64,000 nt of DNA, taken from assembly GCA_963744095.1 (NCBI GenBank), contig CAVUSH010000003.1:625334-689333 (forward strand), in the 5' to 3' direction. Positions 1-11,418 of the stretch are shown here, piece by piece. The stretch's first letter is position 1. Every line of letters begins with the position of its first letter. Both the position numbers and the translations under genes were made by a program. The notes under the pieces are model-generated. The model was not told the origin of the DNA. It made no database searches and was given only the letters and a program-made list of their open reading frames with translations. This DNA comes from an uncultured Chloroflexia bacterium (GTDB lineage Bacteria; Chloroflexota; Limnocylindria; Limnocylindrales; CSP1-4).

Positions 1-221
1 CACTCCTGGAGAGCCGCGAGGGCGGCCATCCACCCATCGAGATCGGCTTGTGGACGGGACGCGACGGTCATCGGTTCGAGCGTAGCAGGGGCACCACGTG
101 GGCGCACCGTCCGCGGTGCCACGTAAGCCCATGCGCACCCGCGAATATTCCCCCCCTCGGCACCCTCGCAACAGGCCGAATGTCATGCCCAGGCGGGGGG
201 CGACGCCGTACCATCCCGATC

Positions 222-1583
222 ATGGAATCGACCACGTCCGACGGCACTCCTTCGACGCTCGTTCAAGGCCTCGACGCGAGCGAGCTCACCGCCCTCGACG
301 CCTCCTTGACGCGTCGCGGCTTCCTGCGCGGCGCCGCACTCGCCGGCACGGGCCTGGTGGCCGCCACCGTTGCCGCCTGCGCGCCCGCCGCTCCTCCCAT
401 CTGGAGCTACGCCACCTCGAAGCCCCAGCCGCTCCCCTCGACGCCGGCCGCGACAGCCGTGCCCGCGGCGACGCCGGCGATGACGGCCGCCCCCGGCGCC
501 ACGCCCGCCCCCTCGGTGCCCGTCGTCGCCATCCCGCCCGGCTGGAGCGAGCACGACGTGGCCGCCCGGGACGTCGTCCGACGGTACGTCGGCAACCTCG
601 CGCCGGCGCTCAAGGACATCTACGGCGACGAGGTCTTCAGCCAGATGGCCGACATCCTCGGCGCGGCCGACAACTACCCAGAGCTGTCCCTGCCGCCGGC
701 GTGGGCGCAGGTGCCCCAGCTCGTGATCAGCGACATCGTCTCGCCCCTCACGCCGAAGCTCGACGGCGACGTCAAGGTCTTCGAGCTGTCGATCGACGAG
801 ATCGAGCACCAGGTCGACGAGAAGACCGCCCCCAAATCGCTGCTCGGCTACAACAAGCAGTGGCCGGGCCCCACGATCCGGGTCACCGAGGGCGACAAGG
901 TCCGGGCGATCTTCACGAACAACCTGAAGGAGACGACCGGGGTCCACTTCCACGGGGTGGACTTCGACAACTTCTTCATGGACGGCGTCCCGTTCGTGAC
1001 CCAGAAGCCGATCGTGCCCGGCGAGACGTTCACCTACGAGTTCGTGGCAAAGCCGGCGGGCTCGATGATGTACCACTCGCACCACAACGCTACCGACCAG
1101 GTGGGCCGCGGGCTCCTCGGGGCCTTCATCATCGACCCGAAGGAGCCGACGCTGAAGTACGACCGGGAGTACACCTGGATCTCGAACGACACGGGGGGCG
1201 CCGGGTTCACGATCAATGGCCACGGCTTCCCCGCGGTCGTGCCGGTTCTCGCGGCCGTCGGCGAGACGGTGCTCGTCCGGTACATGAACGAGGGGGTCAT
1301 GATGCACCCGTGGCACAGCCACGGGAACACCCAGCGGGTGGTCGCCCGCGACGGGCGTCTGCTCGGCCAGGCTGAGTACGACTGCGACACGCTCGGCGTG
1401 AACCCCGGCGAGCGCGCCGACGTGATCATCAATGCCGAGCGCCCGGGCCTGTGGGCCTTCCACTGCCACATCCTGCCCCACGTCGAGGGTGCGGACGGGA
1501 TGTTCGGCATGGTCACGGCGCTCATCGTGGTGCCCACGAAGGAAGACATCGACGCGATCTACACGGCCCTCGGCATCTCGTAG
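222..1583 (+). CDS. Tat-exported two-domain multicopper oxidase (small laccase-like), possible lipoprotein
   Basis: Twin-arginine TRRGFL and VAAC lipobox-like motif. Cu motifs HFHG, YHSH, HPWHSHG, FHCHILPH...M. ATG 222 follows a TACCAT -10 hexamer. Confidence 0.88.
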   Translation: MESTTSDGTPSTLVQGLDASELTALDASLTRRGFLRGAALAGTGLVAATVAACAPAAPPIWSYATSKPQPLPSTPAATAVPAATPAMTAAPGATPAPSVPVVAIPPGWSEHDVAARDVVRRYVGNLAPALKDIYGDEVFSQMADILGAADNYPELSLPPAWAQVPQLVISDIVSPLTPKLDGDVKVFELSIDEIEHQVDEKTAPKSLLGYNKQWPGPTIRVTEGDKVRAIFTNNLKETTGVHFHGVDFDNFFMDGVPFVTQKPIVPGETFTYEFVAKPAGSMMYHSHHNATDQVGRGLLGAFIIDPKEPTLKYDREYTWISNDTGGAGFTINGHGFPAVVPVLAAVGETVLVRYMNEGVMMHPWHSHGNTQRVVARDGRLLGQAEYDCDTLGVNPGERADVIINAERPGLWAFHCHILPHVEGADGMFGMVTALIVVPTKEDIDAIYTALGIS

Positions 1584-1621
1584 GGAGAAAGGTCCGGGGC
1601 GTCCCACCCGGGATCACTGGC

Positions 1622-2032
1622 ATGGCGCGCATCGAGACCATCCTTCTCGCCACCGATGCCTCTACCGCATCGCAGGCCGCGGAGAACGAGGCGATCGACC
1701 TCGCCGCGCGCCTCGGCAGCCGGCTCGTGGTGCTCTCGGTGATCGCCGGCCCGCCATCCGTGCGGGCGTCACGCCAGCTCGCCGTCGAGGCCATCGTCCA
1801 GCGCGCCCGCGCCGGCGGCGCAGCGGCCGCCGGCCTCACCTGGGACGGCGACGCCGGGGAGTCGATCCTCGAGGCGTCGGAGGCCGAGGCGGCCGACCTG
1901 ATCGTGGTCGGCACCCATGAGCGGGGCGCCGTCGGGCGGCTCTTCCTCGGGAGCGTCTCCGACTACGTGGTCCGCCACGCCCGCTGCCCGGTCATGGTCG
2001 TGCGTCCCACGCGGGTCGTCACCCCGGTCTGA
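1622..2032 (+). CDS. Universal stress protein (UspA family)
   Basis: ILLATDAS N-terminus, ADLIVVGTH, LFLGSVSDYVVRHARCPVMVV. Confidence 0.93.
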   Translation: MARIETILLATDASTASQAAENEAIDLAARLGSRLVVLSVIAGPPSVRASRQLAVEAIVQRARAGGAAAAGLTWDGDAGESILEASEAEAADLIVVGTHERGAVGRLFLGSVSDYVVRHARCPVMVVRPTRVVTPV

Positions 2033-2087
2033 CGCCGCGGGCCACGGGCGTGTGCCGCCGCCGGCAGGCGTCCCGCCGGGCCCCGCC

Positions 2088-2906
2088 CTACGTGGTGTAC
2101 ATGCCCTCCGGGTCGAGCTCCTCGCGGATGAGGCGCAGCTCCGCGGGCGTGGGCGCCGGCGTCGTGGCCAGGGCCGGCGAGATCTTCGGAGCCCAGCCGA
2201 TCGTCGCCCGCACCTCCTCGAGAGTCGCGCCCGGGTGGAGGAAGTCGAGGCGCATCTCGCCGTCCTCGTCGAAGTGCCAGATCCCGAGATCGGTCACGAC
2301 CACGGACGGACCCCGCCCGAGCCAGCCTTGCTCGCGCCGAATCCGGTCGGCCCTCTCGGCCCCGCCGAGGTTGCCCGGCGAGGTCCGGAAGTCGATCCGA
2401 TCCACGAACGATCGGGCGGACTGGCGCATGATGACGAAGATCTGGCGGGCGTTGATCGCGATCTCGCAGGCGCCCCCGGATCCCGGCAGGCGGGTCTTCG
2501 GCGCCGCGTAGTCGCCGATCACGGTCGTGTTGATGTTCCCGAAGCGGTCGACCTGGGCCGCCCCGAGGAAGCCCACGTCCACGAGCCCGCCCTGGAGGTA
2601 GTAGGCGAAGAGCTCCCACATGCTGACGACGGCGGTGGCCCCGGTGACGATCGTGGGGTCGCCGATGGAGAGCGGGAGGCGGGCCGGCCGGGCGCCGAAG
2701 ACACCGGCCTCGTAGACCAGCTCCATCTCGGGGGCGACCGTTCGCTTCGCCAGGTTGACCGCGATGTTCGGCAGCCCCACGCCGACGAAGCAGACACGCT
2801 GCCCGGCCAGCTCGCGAGCGGCCGCCACGATCATCATCTCGGACTTGGAGAAATCCGGCGGCGCGGCCTCCATCCCGCCGGGCGGGCCGGCGCTCGGCTC
2901 GGCCAT
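2088..2906 (-). CDS. CoA-transferase subunit B (glutaconate/3-oxoadipate CoA-transferase-like)
   Basis: FVGVGLP, LVYEAG catalytic Glu, GAAQVDRFGNINTT, LPGSGGA. Start overlaps the stop of subunit A (TGATG). Confidence 0.9.
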   Translation of the reverse strand: MAEPSAGPPGGMEAAPPDFSKSEMMIVAAARELAGQRVCFVGVGLPNIAVNLAKRTVAPEMELVYEAGVFGARPARLPLSIGDPTIVTGATAVVSMWELFAYYLQGGLVDVGFLGAAQVDRFGNINTTVIGDYAAPKTRLPGSGGACEIAINARQIFVIMRQSARSFVDRIDFRTSPGNLGGAERADRIRREQGWLGRGPSVVVTDLGIWHFDEDGEMRLDFLHPGATLEEVRATIGWAPKISPALATTPAPTPAELRLIREELDPEGMYTT

Positions 2907-3823
2907 CAGCGGTACTCCCCGTAGTCGACGACGCCGGACAGCGCCGGACCAGACGGGCGCAGGGAGGCGAGCCGCTCGGCACCCAGCTTCTCCGTGTACG
3001 CGGCCCGATCGTCGAGGTCGTGGACCCACGCCCGGAGCCAGACGTCCGTGGCCTCGGCGTCGCGGCTGATCGGGTCCCAGTCGCGGTAGAAGCGGTTGTC
3101 GCGATCGTAGTGGCCCTGGACGTACGAGGGGTGGGCGCCCCACGGCTCGACGACCACCGCGTCGACGACGATCCCCGGCACGATCGTCCGGTTGGGGTCG
3201 GCCCGGATCACCGCCTCGTCGACGAGCTCCTCGACCACGACGATGACGCGTTCCGCCGCGAAGGCGGCCTCCTTCTGGCAGCCCAGCAGGCCCCAGACCT
3301 GGGTGTTGCCGGCCGCGTCCGCGCGCTGCGCGTGGATCACGGTCACGTCGGGTCGAAGCGGCGGCACGGCGTAGACGACGCCATCGCCGTAGGGGCTCTC
3401 GATCGGCCTGATGAGCGGGTTGACGACAGGCAGGTCGGTCTCGAAATACGAGCGGAGCGGCATGAAGGGGAGGTTCGCTGCCCCCGCGGTGTAGCGGGCG
3501 ACCATCCCGAAGTGGCTGTACTCCTCCAGCTCCAGGCTGGCGCCCGGACCTTCGGTGACCCGCCGGATCGCGTTGAGGCCTCCCACGCCGGGGTTGCCGA
3601 GCCAGCTGAATACCAGCTTGCGGGCCACCCCGGCCGCCACCATCTGGTCGTAGATGAGGTCCGGCGTCATCCGGGCCAGGACCAGCTCGCGCCGGCGCTG
3701 GCGGATGATCTCGTGGCCGGCGGCGAACGAGATGAGGTGGGTGAAGCCCTCGATCGCGACGGTGTCGCCGTCGCGGACCAGCTCCGCCACGGCGTCGCGC
3801 ATCGTGGCGACCTTGGAGCTCAG
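2906..3823 (-). CDS. CoA-transferase subunit A
   Basis: VRDGDTVAIEGFTH, HAQRADAAGN, EPWGAHPS. Start uncertain: CTG at 3823 after a strong SD, or ATG at 3802. Confidence 0.88.
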   Translation of the reverse strand: MSSKVATMRDAVAELVRDGDTVAIEGFTHLISFAAGHEIIRQRRRELVLARMTPDLIYDQMVAAGVARKLVFSWLGNPGVGGLNAIRRVTEGPGASLELEEYSHFGMVARYTAGAANLPFMPLRSYFETDLPVVNPLIRPIESPYGDGVVYAVPPLRPDVTVIHAQRADAAGNTQVWGLLGCQKEAAFAAERVIVVVEELVDEAVIRADPNRTIVPGIVVDAVVVEPWGAHPSYVQGHYDRDNRFYRDWDPISRDAEATDVWLRAWVHDLDDRAAYTEKLGAERLASLRPSGPALSGVVDYGEYR

Positions 3824-3866
3824 CGTGGCGTCCTCCCTCCGGCTCGGCGCCTGCAATCCTGGCGAG

Positions 3867-3892
3867 GGGCCGCCCGCGTCAGCGGGCGGCCC
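3867..3892. terminator. GC-rich stem-loop between aminotransferase and CoA-transferase genes
   Basis: Perfect 11-bp stem gggccgcccgc-gtca-gcgggcggccc just downstream of the stop at 3896. No U-tract. Confidence 0.4.
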
Positions 3893-3895
3893 GCG

Positions 3896-5254
<1,359 letters not shown>

Positions 5255-5303
5255 GCGGAAACCTCCTGCTGGTCGGCGCCGGCGCGGCGCGCGCGCCGCG
5301 AAC

Positions 5304-5318
5304 GCATACAGATTATGC
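5304..5318. promoter_or_regulatory. Candidate operator GCATA-N5-TATGC upstream of the aminotransferase
   Basis: AT-rich inverted repeat in a GC-rich background, downstream of a minus-strand TATACT at 5336-5341. Confidence 0.35.
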
Positions 5319-5458
5319 AGAGTGGATAGGCGGCGAGTATAGCCGAACGGTCCGCCCGCCCGGTGACGTTCGGCGGGCCGTCGGGCGCGGTCGCGGCGGG
5401 CCTGGTCCGCGCGGCGATTTCGTCCGTTCCGACCTGATGGTCAGCCCAGGCTGACCGT

Positions 5459-7027
5459 TCAGTCGACGATCGTGTGACTCTGCTCCCGCAGGAACTGGGC
5501 GGGGTAATACATACCCAGCCCGGACTTCCCGGTCGAGCCGGAACCCTTCCAGCCGCCGAACGGCTGGACGCCCGGCCAGGCACCCGTGGTGGCGCCGGCG
5601 CGCCGGTTGACGTAGAGGACGCCCGCGTGGATCTCGTCGAGGAACTGCTCGACGTCGGCCGGGTTCTCGCTGTAGACGCCCGCCGTCAGGCCGTAGGTGT
5701 TGTCATTGGAAAGGCGGAGCGCCTCGGCGAGGGAATCGACGGCGCAGACCGCCGTGAAGGGCACGAACAGCTCGTCCTGGTAGAGGCGGTGGTCGGCCGG
5801 CAGGCCGCCGACGACGGTCGGCTCGACGTAGAAGCCGCGGTCCAGGCCGTTGTCCGTGAGCTGCTCGCCGCCGATGAGAACACGCCCGTCGCGGCGCGCC
5901 TCGACGACCGCCGCCTGGTATGTCGCGACGGCGCGACCGTCGATGAGAGGGCCGAGCCAGTTCGTCTTGACGAGCGGGTCGCCGATCGTGATCTTCTCCG
6001 TCTTCTGGACGAGGAGGCGCACCAGCTCGTCGTGGACGGGGCGTTGAACGTAGACGCGGCTGTTGGCCGAGCACTTCTGGCCGCCGAAGCCGAAGGCACT
6101 CCGCATGATCCCCTCGGCCGCCTCCTCCAGGTCGGCCGACTCGGTAACGATCGCCGGGTTCTTGCCGCCCATCTCGACGATGCAGGGCTTGGGCCAGCGC
6201 TTCGAGAAGGTCCGGAAGAGGCCCATTCCGACCTCGTAGGAGCCGGTGAAGACGATGCCGTCGATCCCGGGGTTCTCCTGGATCTCCTGGCCGACCGTCT
6301 CACCCGGTCCCATCACGAGGTTGAAGACGCCATCCGGCAGCCCGGCGTCCCGGTACGCCTCGGCCAGGAGGACGCCGCTCATGGCGCTCGCCGTGGCCGG
6401 CTTGAAGACGACCGTGTTGCCGGCCATCAAGGCGGCAGAGCTCGGGCCGGCTGCCAGGGCCATCGGGAAGTTGAAGGGGCTGATCACGGCGAAGACCCCG
6501 AACGGGCGCAGGACGGACCGGGTGTGGACGGCCCCGTCGCCGAGGTTGTCCATCGGGTGGGCGTAGCCGTCGTTCCGTTCGTAGACGTCGCAGTAGTAGC
6601 GGATGAGATCGGCCGATTCCTCGACCTCGCCGAGGGCCTCCAGGCGACTCTTGCCGACCTCCAGGGCCATGAACGCGCCGTACTCCATCTGGCGCTCGGA
6701 GATCAGCTCGGCAGCCCGGCGGAGGGCGGCGAGGCGCTCTCGCCACGGGACCGCGCGCCAGGCCGGATGCGCGGCCCGGGCGGCGGCGACCGCGTCCTTC
6801 ACGTCCTGGCGCGTGCCCCGGGCGAAGGTCCCGACGAGGATGTCGCGGTCGATCGGCGAACGAAGCTCGAATGCACGGTCGCCGTCGCGACCCGCTCCCG
6901 CGATCCAGTTCTGGTGGTGGGCGCCCAGCCGGCCCCGCGCCTTCTCGATCCCCGCGTCGTAGAGCGCGTGGAGCTCCTCGTTGTCGTTGCGCAGCGTGGC
7001 GTAGGTGATCTTGATCCGCTCGGCCAT
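5459..7027 (-). CDS. Aldehyde dehydrogenase (P5C/semialdehyde dehydrogenase-like)
   Basis: ISPFNFP, FTGS, EMGGKN, GQKCSA catalytic Cys, QPFGGWKGSG. Confidence 0.93.
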   Translation of the reverse strand: MAERIKITYATLRNDNEELHALYDAGIEKARGRLGAHHQNWIAGAGRDGDRAFELRSPIDRDILVGTFARGTRQDVKDAVAAARAAHPAWRAVPWRERLAALRRAAELISERQMEYGAFMALEVGKSRLEALGEVEESADLIRYYCDVYERNDGYAHPMDNLGDGAVHTRSVLRPFGVFAVISPFNFPMALAAGPSSAALMAGNTVVFKPATASAMSGVLLAEAYRDAGLPDGVFNLVMGPGETVGQEIQENPGIDGIVFTGSYEVGMGLFRTFSKRWPKPCIVEMGGKNPAIVTESADLEEAAEGIMRSAFGFGGQKCSANSRVYVQRPVHDELVRLLVQKTEKITIGDPLVKTNWLGPLIDGRAVATYQAAVVEARRDGRVLIGGEQLTDNGLDRGFYVEPTVVGGLPADHRLYQDELFVPFTAVCAVDSLAEALRLSNDNTYGLTAGVYSENPADVEQFLDEIHAGVLYVNRRAGATTGAWPGVQPFGGWKGSGSTGKSGLGMYYPAQFLREQSHTIVD

Positions 7028-7136
7028 GGAAGGTGCTCCTCGTGTCACTGCTCCGCGCAGCCGGACGGACACGTGAGGCGCGGTCACCCGGGGCACGCCG
7101 CGCCGACCCGCTCGGTTGCGATTCGGTGTCTGCCGG

Positions 7137-8051
7137 TCAGTCTAGCGCGGCGACGACGTCGCTCAGGGTCGCTGCGACGGCCCCGGGCACGGCGAGCCCG
7201 CGCAGGCCGGCGACCTCGTCCGCCGCCGTCCGCCCGGACAAGACGAGGATCCCGCGCAGGCCGGCTCGACGCGCACCGGCGATGTCCTGGGGGGCGTGAT
7301 CGCCGACCATGGCGACATGGTCGCGGACGAGCCGCCTGCCGCCGGCCGCGGCGACGTCCGCCGCGAGGCCCGCGAAGGCGGCCCGGAACATCGGGGCTGC
7401 GGGCTTCCCGGCGAGGCTGGCCCGGACCCCGGTGGCATACTCGATGGCGGCGACGAAGGCGCCGCTGTCGATGGTCTCGCCCTTCGCCGTGTACCACCAG
7501 CCGTTCCGGTGCATGGCGATGAGCTCGGCACCGCGGCGGACGAGGCGGAAGGCGCGGTCGAGGTTCTCGTAGCTCAGGTCGTGGTCGCCGTCGCCGAGGA
7601 TCACGGCCGCGGCGCGGGCGTCGGGGGCGTCGGCCTCCTCGGCGCTCACCAGGGGCTGATCGCCGAACTCGCGCAACCCGTCGGGCCGCGTGATGACGAA
7701 GACCGGCTGGCCCGGGAAGGTCCGTCGTACGTGGTCCACGGTGGCCGACAGGGCGGTCACGATTCGCTCGGCCGGCACGGCGAGCCCCATCCGCCCGAAC
7801 CGGGCAGCGAGCGTCTCGCGGTGCAGGGACGAGATGTTGGTCGCCACCCGGTACGGGATCCCGCGATGGTCCAGGTCGGCCAGCGCCTGCGGGGCGCCGG
7901 GCAGCGCGGCGCCGCGCATGACCAGGACGCCGTCGGCGTCCAGGACGAGGGCTCGCACGCCGCGCAGAGCGGCGTGGAGCGCGGCCGGCTCATCCGGCAC
8001 GAACGGCGCTGCGTACGCGGTTGACGCGGCCGGGGCCGTCTGGGGCGCCAT
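7137..8051 (-). CDS. HAD-IIA family hydrolase (NagD-like)
   Basis: LDADGVL motif I, ATN, GKP, MVGD...DIAGA. Confidence 0.9.
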   Translation of the reverse strand: MAPQTAPAASTAYAAPFVPDEPAALHAALRGVRALVLDADGVLVMRGAALPGAPQALADLDHRGIPYRVATNISSLHRETLAARFGRMGLAVPAERIVTALSATVDHVRRTFPGQPVFVITRPDGLREFGDQPLVSAEEADAPDARAAAVILGDGDHDLSYENLDRAFRLVRRGAELIAMHRNGWWYTAKGETIDSGAFVAAIEYATGVRASLAGKPAAPMFRAAFAGLAADVAAAGGRRLVRDHVAMVGDHAPQDIAGARRAGLRGILVLSGRTAADEVAGLRGLAVPGAVAATLSDVVAALD

Positions 8052-8220
8052 GCCCCGACGGTACCCGATGACGGGGTCGGCCGCAGACCCGACGCGAGGC
8101 TCGTCGGGCGTCCCGCCCGGGCAGAGCCGACGACGACCGGGCCCCGTCGCCGCCGCGGCCGTCGCCGCCGCGCCCGTCGCCGCCACGGCCGGCGCCGCGG
8201 CGGGTCAGTCCCGGGGCGCG

Positions 8221-8796
8221 TCAATCCCGGGGCAGGTAGACCAGCGAGACCGAGTCCGTCGTGGCGCCCCACCGCAGCTGGAATACCCAGCAGCCGGGGA
8301 ATGGCACGTCGACGATCGACGGATAGATCTCGCCGGGCCCCGCGTTCGCCGTCAGCTCGATCTGCACGATCGGCGCGGCCGCGCCGTCGGGGTGCCCGGT
8401 GATCGTGAGCGCGGCACCGTCACGCGGAACGCGCGAGATCCAGAGGATCTTGTTGGCGATTCCGTCGCGGGGCGGCGCCCGCAACGCCACGAAGGGAACG
8501 GCGACGATCTGCCCCGCCCGGCCGAGCGCGTAGGCGATGTCCGGCGGGTGCGCCGACGAGGTCCAGCGCGGCGGCGGCGCCGGGACGAGGGCCGGCGCGC
8601 AGGCGACCGCCGGCGAGGTGTCGGGTGGTCGGGGCCCGTCGGGCGCGACCGAGGCCGGCGAGGCGCTGGGGGCGGCGGGAGGCATGGAGGCGGCGCCGGA
8701 GCACGCCGCCAGAAGCACGGCCACGGTGAAGATGACCATGGATTGGCGCGCCGCAGCGCGACCTCGGGGGCCGATGGGCGAGCGCGAGTCGAGCAT
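8221..8796 (-). CDS. Putative lipoprotein, unknown function
   Basis: Hydrophobic stretch ending LLAAC, Pro/Ala linker, NKILW...PSIVDVPFPGCW domain. Start 8796 or 8739. Confidence 0.7.
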   Translation of the reverse strand: MLDSRSPIGPRGRAAARQSMVIFTVAVLLAACSGAASMPPAAPSASPASVAPDGPRPPDTSPAVACAPALVPAPPPRWTSSAHPPDIAYALGRAGQIVAVPFVALRAPPRDGIANKILWISRVPRDGAALTITGHPDGAAAPIVQIELTANAGPGEIYPSIVDVPFPGCWVFQLRWGATTDSVSLVYLPRD

Positions 8797-8948
8797 GCAA
8801 GCTCCCAGACCGCCCGGTCGATCCGACAGGGCGCCCACCAGTGTCGCACCGAGGCGGCCCGGCCGGTTCACCGGTTCGGTGCGGCAAGGGCTCGGCGGCT
8901 AGGATTCTGCCCGGAAGGTGCGGACGCACCGGGCTGCGGTGGTGAGAG

Positions 8949-9731
8949 ATGGGGCTGCTCGACGGCAAGAACGCTCTGGTCTTCGGCGTTGCCAACGACC
9001 ACTCGATCGCCTGGGGGATCGCGAAGGCGCTCCACGAGCATGGCGCGACGGTCGGCTTCAGCTCCGTCGAGAGCCTCCTGGAGAAGCGCGTCCGCCCCCT
9101 CGCGGCGAGCCTCGGGAGCACCTTCGTGGAGCCCTGCGACGTCCGCGACGACGCCGCGGTGAAGGCCGTCTTCGACCGCTGGGCCGCCGAGGTCGGCGGC
9201 CTCGACATCCTCGTCCATGCCCTCGCCTTCGCCAACCGCGAGGATCTCCAGGGTGCCTTCGTGAACACGTCCCGGGAGGGCTTCGCCCTGGCCCTGGACG
9301 TCTCCGCCTACTCGCTGGTGGCCCTCGCCCGCGCAGCGCGGCCGCACCTCCGGCCGGGCGCCAGCATCCTGACGCTCACCTACTACGGGGCCGAGAAGGT
9401 CGTCGCCCGCTACAACGTGATGGGCGTCGCGAAGGCAGCCCTGGAGGCGTGCGTCCGCTACCTCGCCGCCGACCTCGGACCGTCGGGCGTGCGGGTCAAC
9501 GCGATCTCGGCCGGCCCGGTCCGGACACTCGGGGCGCACGGGATCGCCGGCTTCAAGGCGATGTACGGGTCCTTCCGCGACGTGGCGCCGCTGCGCTCCA
9601 ACATCGCGATCGAAGACGTCGCCGGGACCGCGGTCTGGCTGGCCAGCGACCTCTCCCGCCAGGTCACCGGCGAGACGGTCCACGTCGACGGGGGCTTCAA
9701 CATCCTGGGGGTGCCGGCGCCGGAGGGCTGA
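8949..9731 (+). CDS. fabI: Enoyl-ACP reductase
   Basis: GVANDHSIAWGIA, LTYYG, YNVMGVAKAALE, NAISAGPVRTL. Confidence 0.95.
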   Translation: MGLLDGKNALVFGVANDHSIAWGIAKALHEHGATVGFSSVESLLEKRVRPLAASLGSTFVEPCDVRDDAAVKAVFDRWAAEVGGLDILVHALAFANREDLQGAFVNTSREGFALALDVSAYSLVALARAARPHLRPGASILTLTYYGAEKVVARYNVMGVAKAALEACVRYLAADLGPSGVRVNAISAGPVRTLGAHGIAGFKAMYGSFRDVAPLRSNIAIEDVAGTAVWLASDLSRQVTGETVHVDGGFNILGVPAPEG

Positions 9732-9906
9732 GGCAGGCCGGCGGCCGACCCGCCGCCCGGAATCGGGCCCGGCCGGCGGACCATCGGATGCGGCCGGCTG
9801 GTACGAGCGGCTCATGGTCCGGTGCGCCCGTACAACGGACCGTTGCTTCACGTCGACGGCGCCGCCTTGTCGGCCCAGTATCGCTGCCGGCGCCGGGGGG
9901 GCCTGC

Positions 9907-11418
9907 ATGCCTGGACCACGCATATCCACCAGGGCTCGCCTCCTCGGCGTCGTCCTCGGGATCGGCTTCGTCGTTGCGCTCGTGGTCTTCGTGCCGTTCG
10001 TGGTCACGAACGCCCTGCTGATCGAGCTCCGCACGTCGCTCGACCCCTCGGTGGCGGGCTTGATCGACCGGGTCCTGGCCGCGGAGGGCGTCGTCTTCGG
10101 GGTCGCCACGGCCCTCGCCGCGTGCGCCGGGGTGGCCGCAGCCCTGCTGCTCCGCCGTTGGTACATGGCACCCCTCAAAGGCCTGGCGGAGATCGCGACC
10201 CGTGTCGCCGCCGGGGACGACGTCGCGTTTGACGCGCCCGACTCTCCGGAATCCGCGGTTCTCGCCAGGGCCCTCGAGGAGATGCGGGGACGCCTCCGGG
10301 AGATCCAGGCCGCGACCGCCCGGCAGGCGGCCGAGGCCGGGGTGGTCAACCGGTTCACCGACACCATCTCGCACGCGGAGAACGACGCCCAGGTTGGCCG
10401 AGCCCTGGTCGGGGTGCTTCGCGAGCTCGTCGCCCCCGCCACTGCGACGATCCGCCTCGAGGCGCCCGGTCGCGAGCGTCCCGACGTCGTTGTCGGCCCG
10501 GCCGACGACGGGCCGACCGGGACCTCTGCCCCGGCGCTCCGCCGGTGCACCGGGGTCCGGCGGGGCTCGGCTCACCTCGTCGTCGATCCCCGGGACCCGC
10601 TCACCATCCGCTGCCCGGTGGCGCCGGCCGGTCGCGGGGCGGCTGCCTGCGTGCCCCTCGCCGCGCTCGGCACCGTGGTCGGGACCGTCCACCTGCGGTG
10701 GCCCGCCACCAACCCGCCGACGAGCTGGGATCCCGCGCGCATCGAGAGCCTCGCCAGCCAGGCGGCCCTCGCGATTGCCAACCGGCGGCTCCTGCTCGAG
10801 ATGCACGGCATGGCGGTCACCGACCCCCGCACCGGCCTGGCAAACAGCAGGGCGTTCGACGACGGCCTCGGCCGGGCGCTGGCCGGCGCGGACGACGGGG
10901 AAGCGAACGCCGTCGTGATCTTCGACCTCGACAACTTCAAGGGGTTCAACGACCGCCACGGCCACGCGGTCGGCGACGAGGCGCTCAGGGCATTCGCCGG
11001 GGTGGTCCGGGGCAGCCTCCGGGAGGGCGACCTCGCGGCCCGCTACGGGGGCGAGGAGTTCGTGGCCCTGCTCCGCGGCCTGGACGCAACCGCGGCGGCC
11101 GGTGTGGCCGAGCGGATCCGCGAGCGGACGGAGGCGATTGCGATCGCGACGGGAGCCGGCGAGCGCGCCACGATCAGGGTGTCTGCCGGCGTCGCGGCGG
11201 CGCCGACGCACGGGTCGAAGCCGGAGGCCCTGCTCCTCGCCGCGGACTCGGCGCTCTACGCGGCCAAGGCGACGGGACGGAACCGGGTCGTCATGGCCTG
11301 GGACGGCGAAGGCGGCGAGGCGGATGCCGTCGGGCCCGGGAAGGTCCCCCAGCCGGCGGCCATGATGGACCTCGACCTGCGGGTCAGCGGCAGGAGCGGC
11401 ACCTTCCGACGATCGTGA
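9907..11418 (+). CDS. Membrane diguanylate cyclase (2 TM, HAMP, GAF-like, GGDEF)
   Basis: Two TM helices, HAMP-like segment, DLDNFKGFND.HGH..GD, RxxD I-site (REGD) and intact GGEEF. Confidence 0.9.
   Translation: MPGPRISTRARLLGVVLGIGFVVALVVFVPFVVTNALLIELRTSLDPSVAGLIDRVLAAEGVVFGVATALAACAGVAAALLLRRWYMAPLKGLAEIATRVAAGDDVAFDAPDSPESAVLARALEEMRGRLREIQAATARQAAEAGVVNRFTDTISHAENDAQVGRALVGVLRELVAPATATIRLEAPGRERPDVVVGPADDGPTGTSAPALRRCTGVRRGSAHLVVDPRDPLTIRCPVAPAGRGAAACVPLAALGTVVGTVHLRWPATNPPTSWDPARIESLASQAALAIANRRLLLEMHGMAVTDPRTGLANSRAFDDGLGRALAGADDGEANAVVIFDLDNFKGFNDRHGHAVGDEALRAFAGVVRGSLREGDLAARYGGEEFVALLRGLDATAAAGVAERIRERTEAIAIATGAGERATIRVSAGVAAAPTHGSKPEALLLAADSALYAAKATGRNRVVMAWDGEGGEADAVGPGKVPQPAAMMDLDLRVSGRSGTFRRS

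Noticed and set aside
5340-5353. tagccgaacggtcc resembling the CIS box
   Set aside because: Single partial match far from the CIS in a metabolic promoter. Likely chance.
8145-8200. 15-bp GC repeats (cgtcgccgccgcggc-like) in the intergenic region
   Set aside because: Short, degenerate and low complexity. No supportable function.
11384-11418. 35-bp convergent overlap of the diguanylate cyclase and fur
   Set aside because: Tail-to-tail overlaps are common in stop-poor GC-rich genomes.
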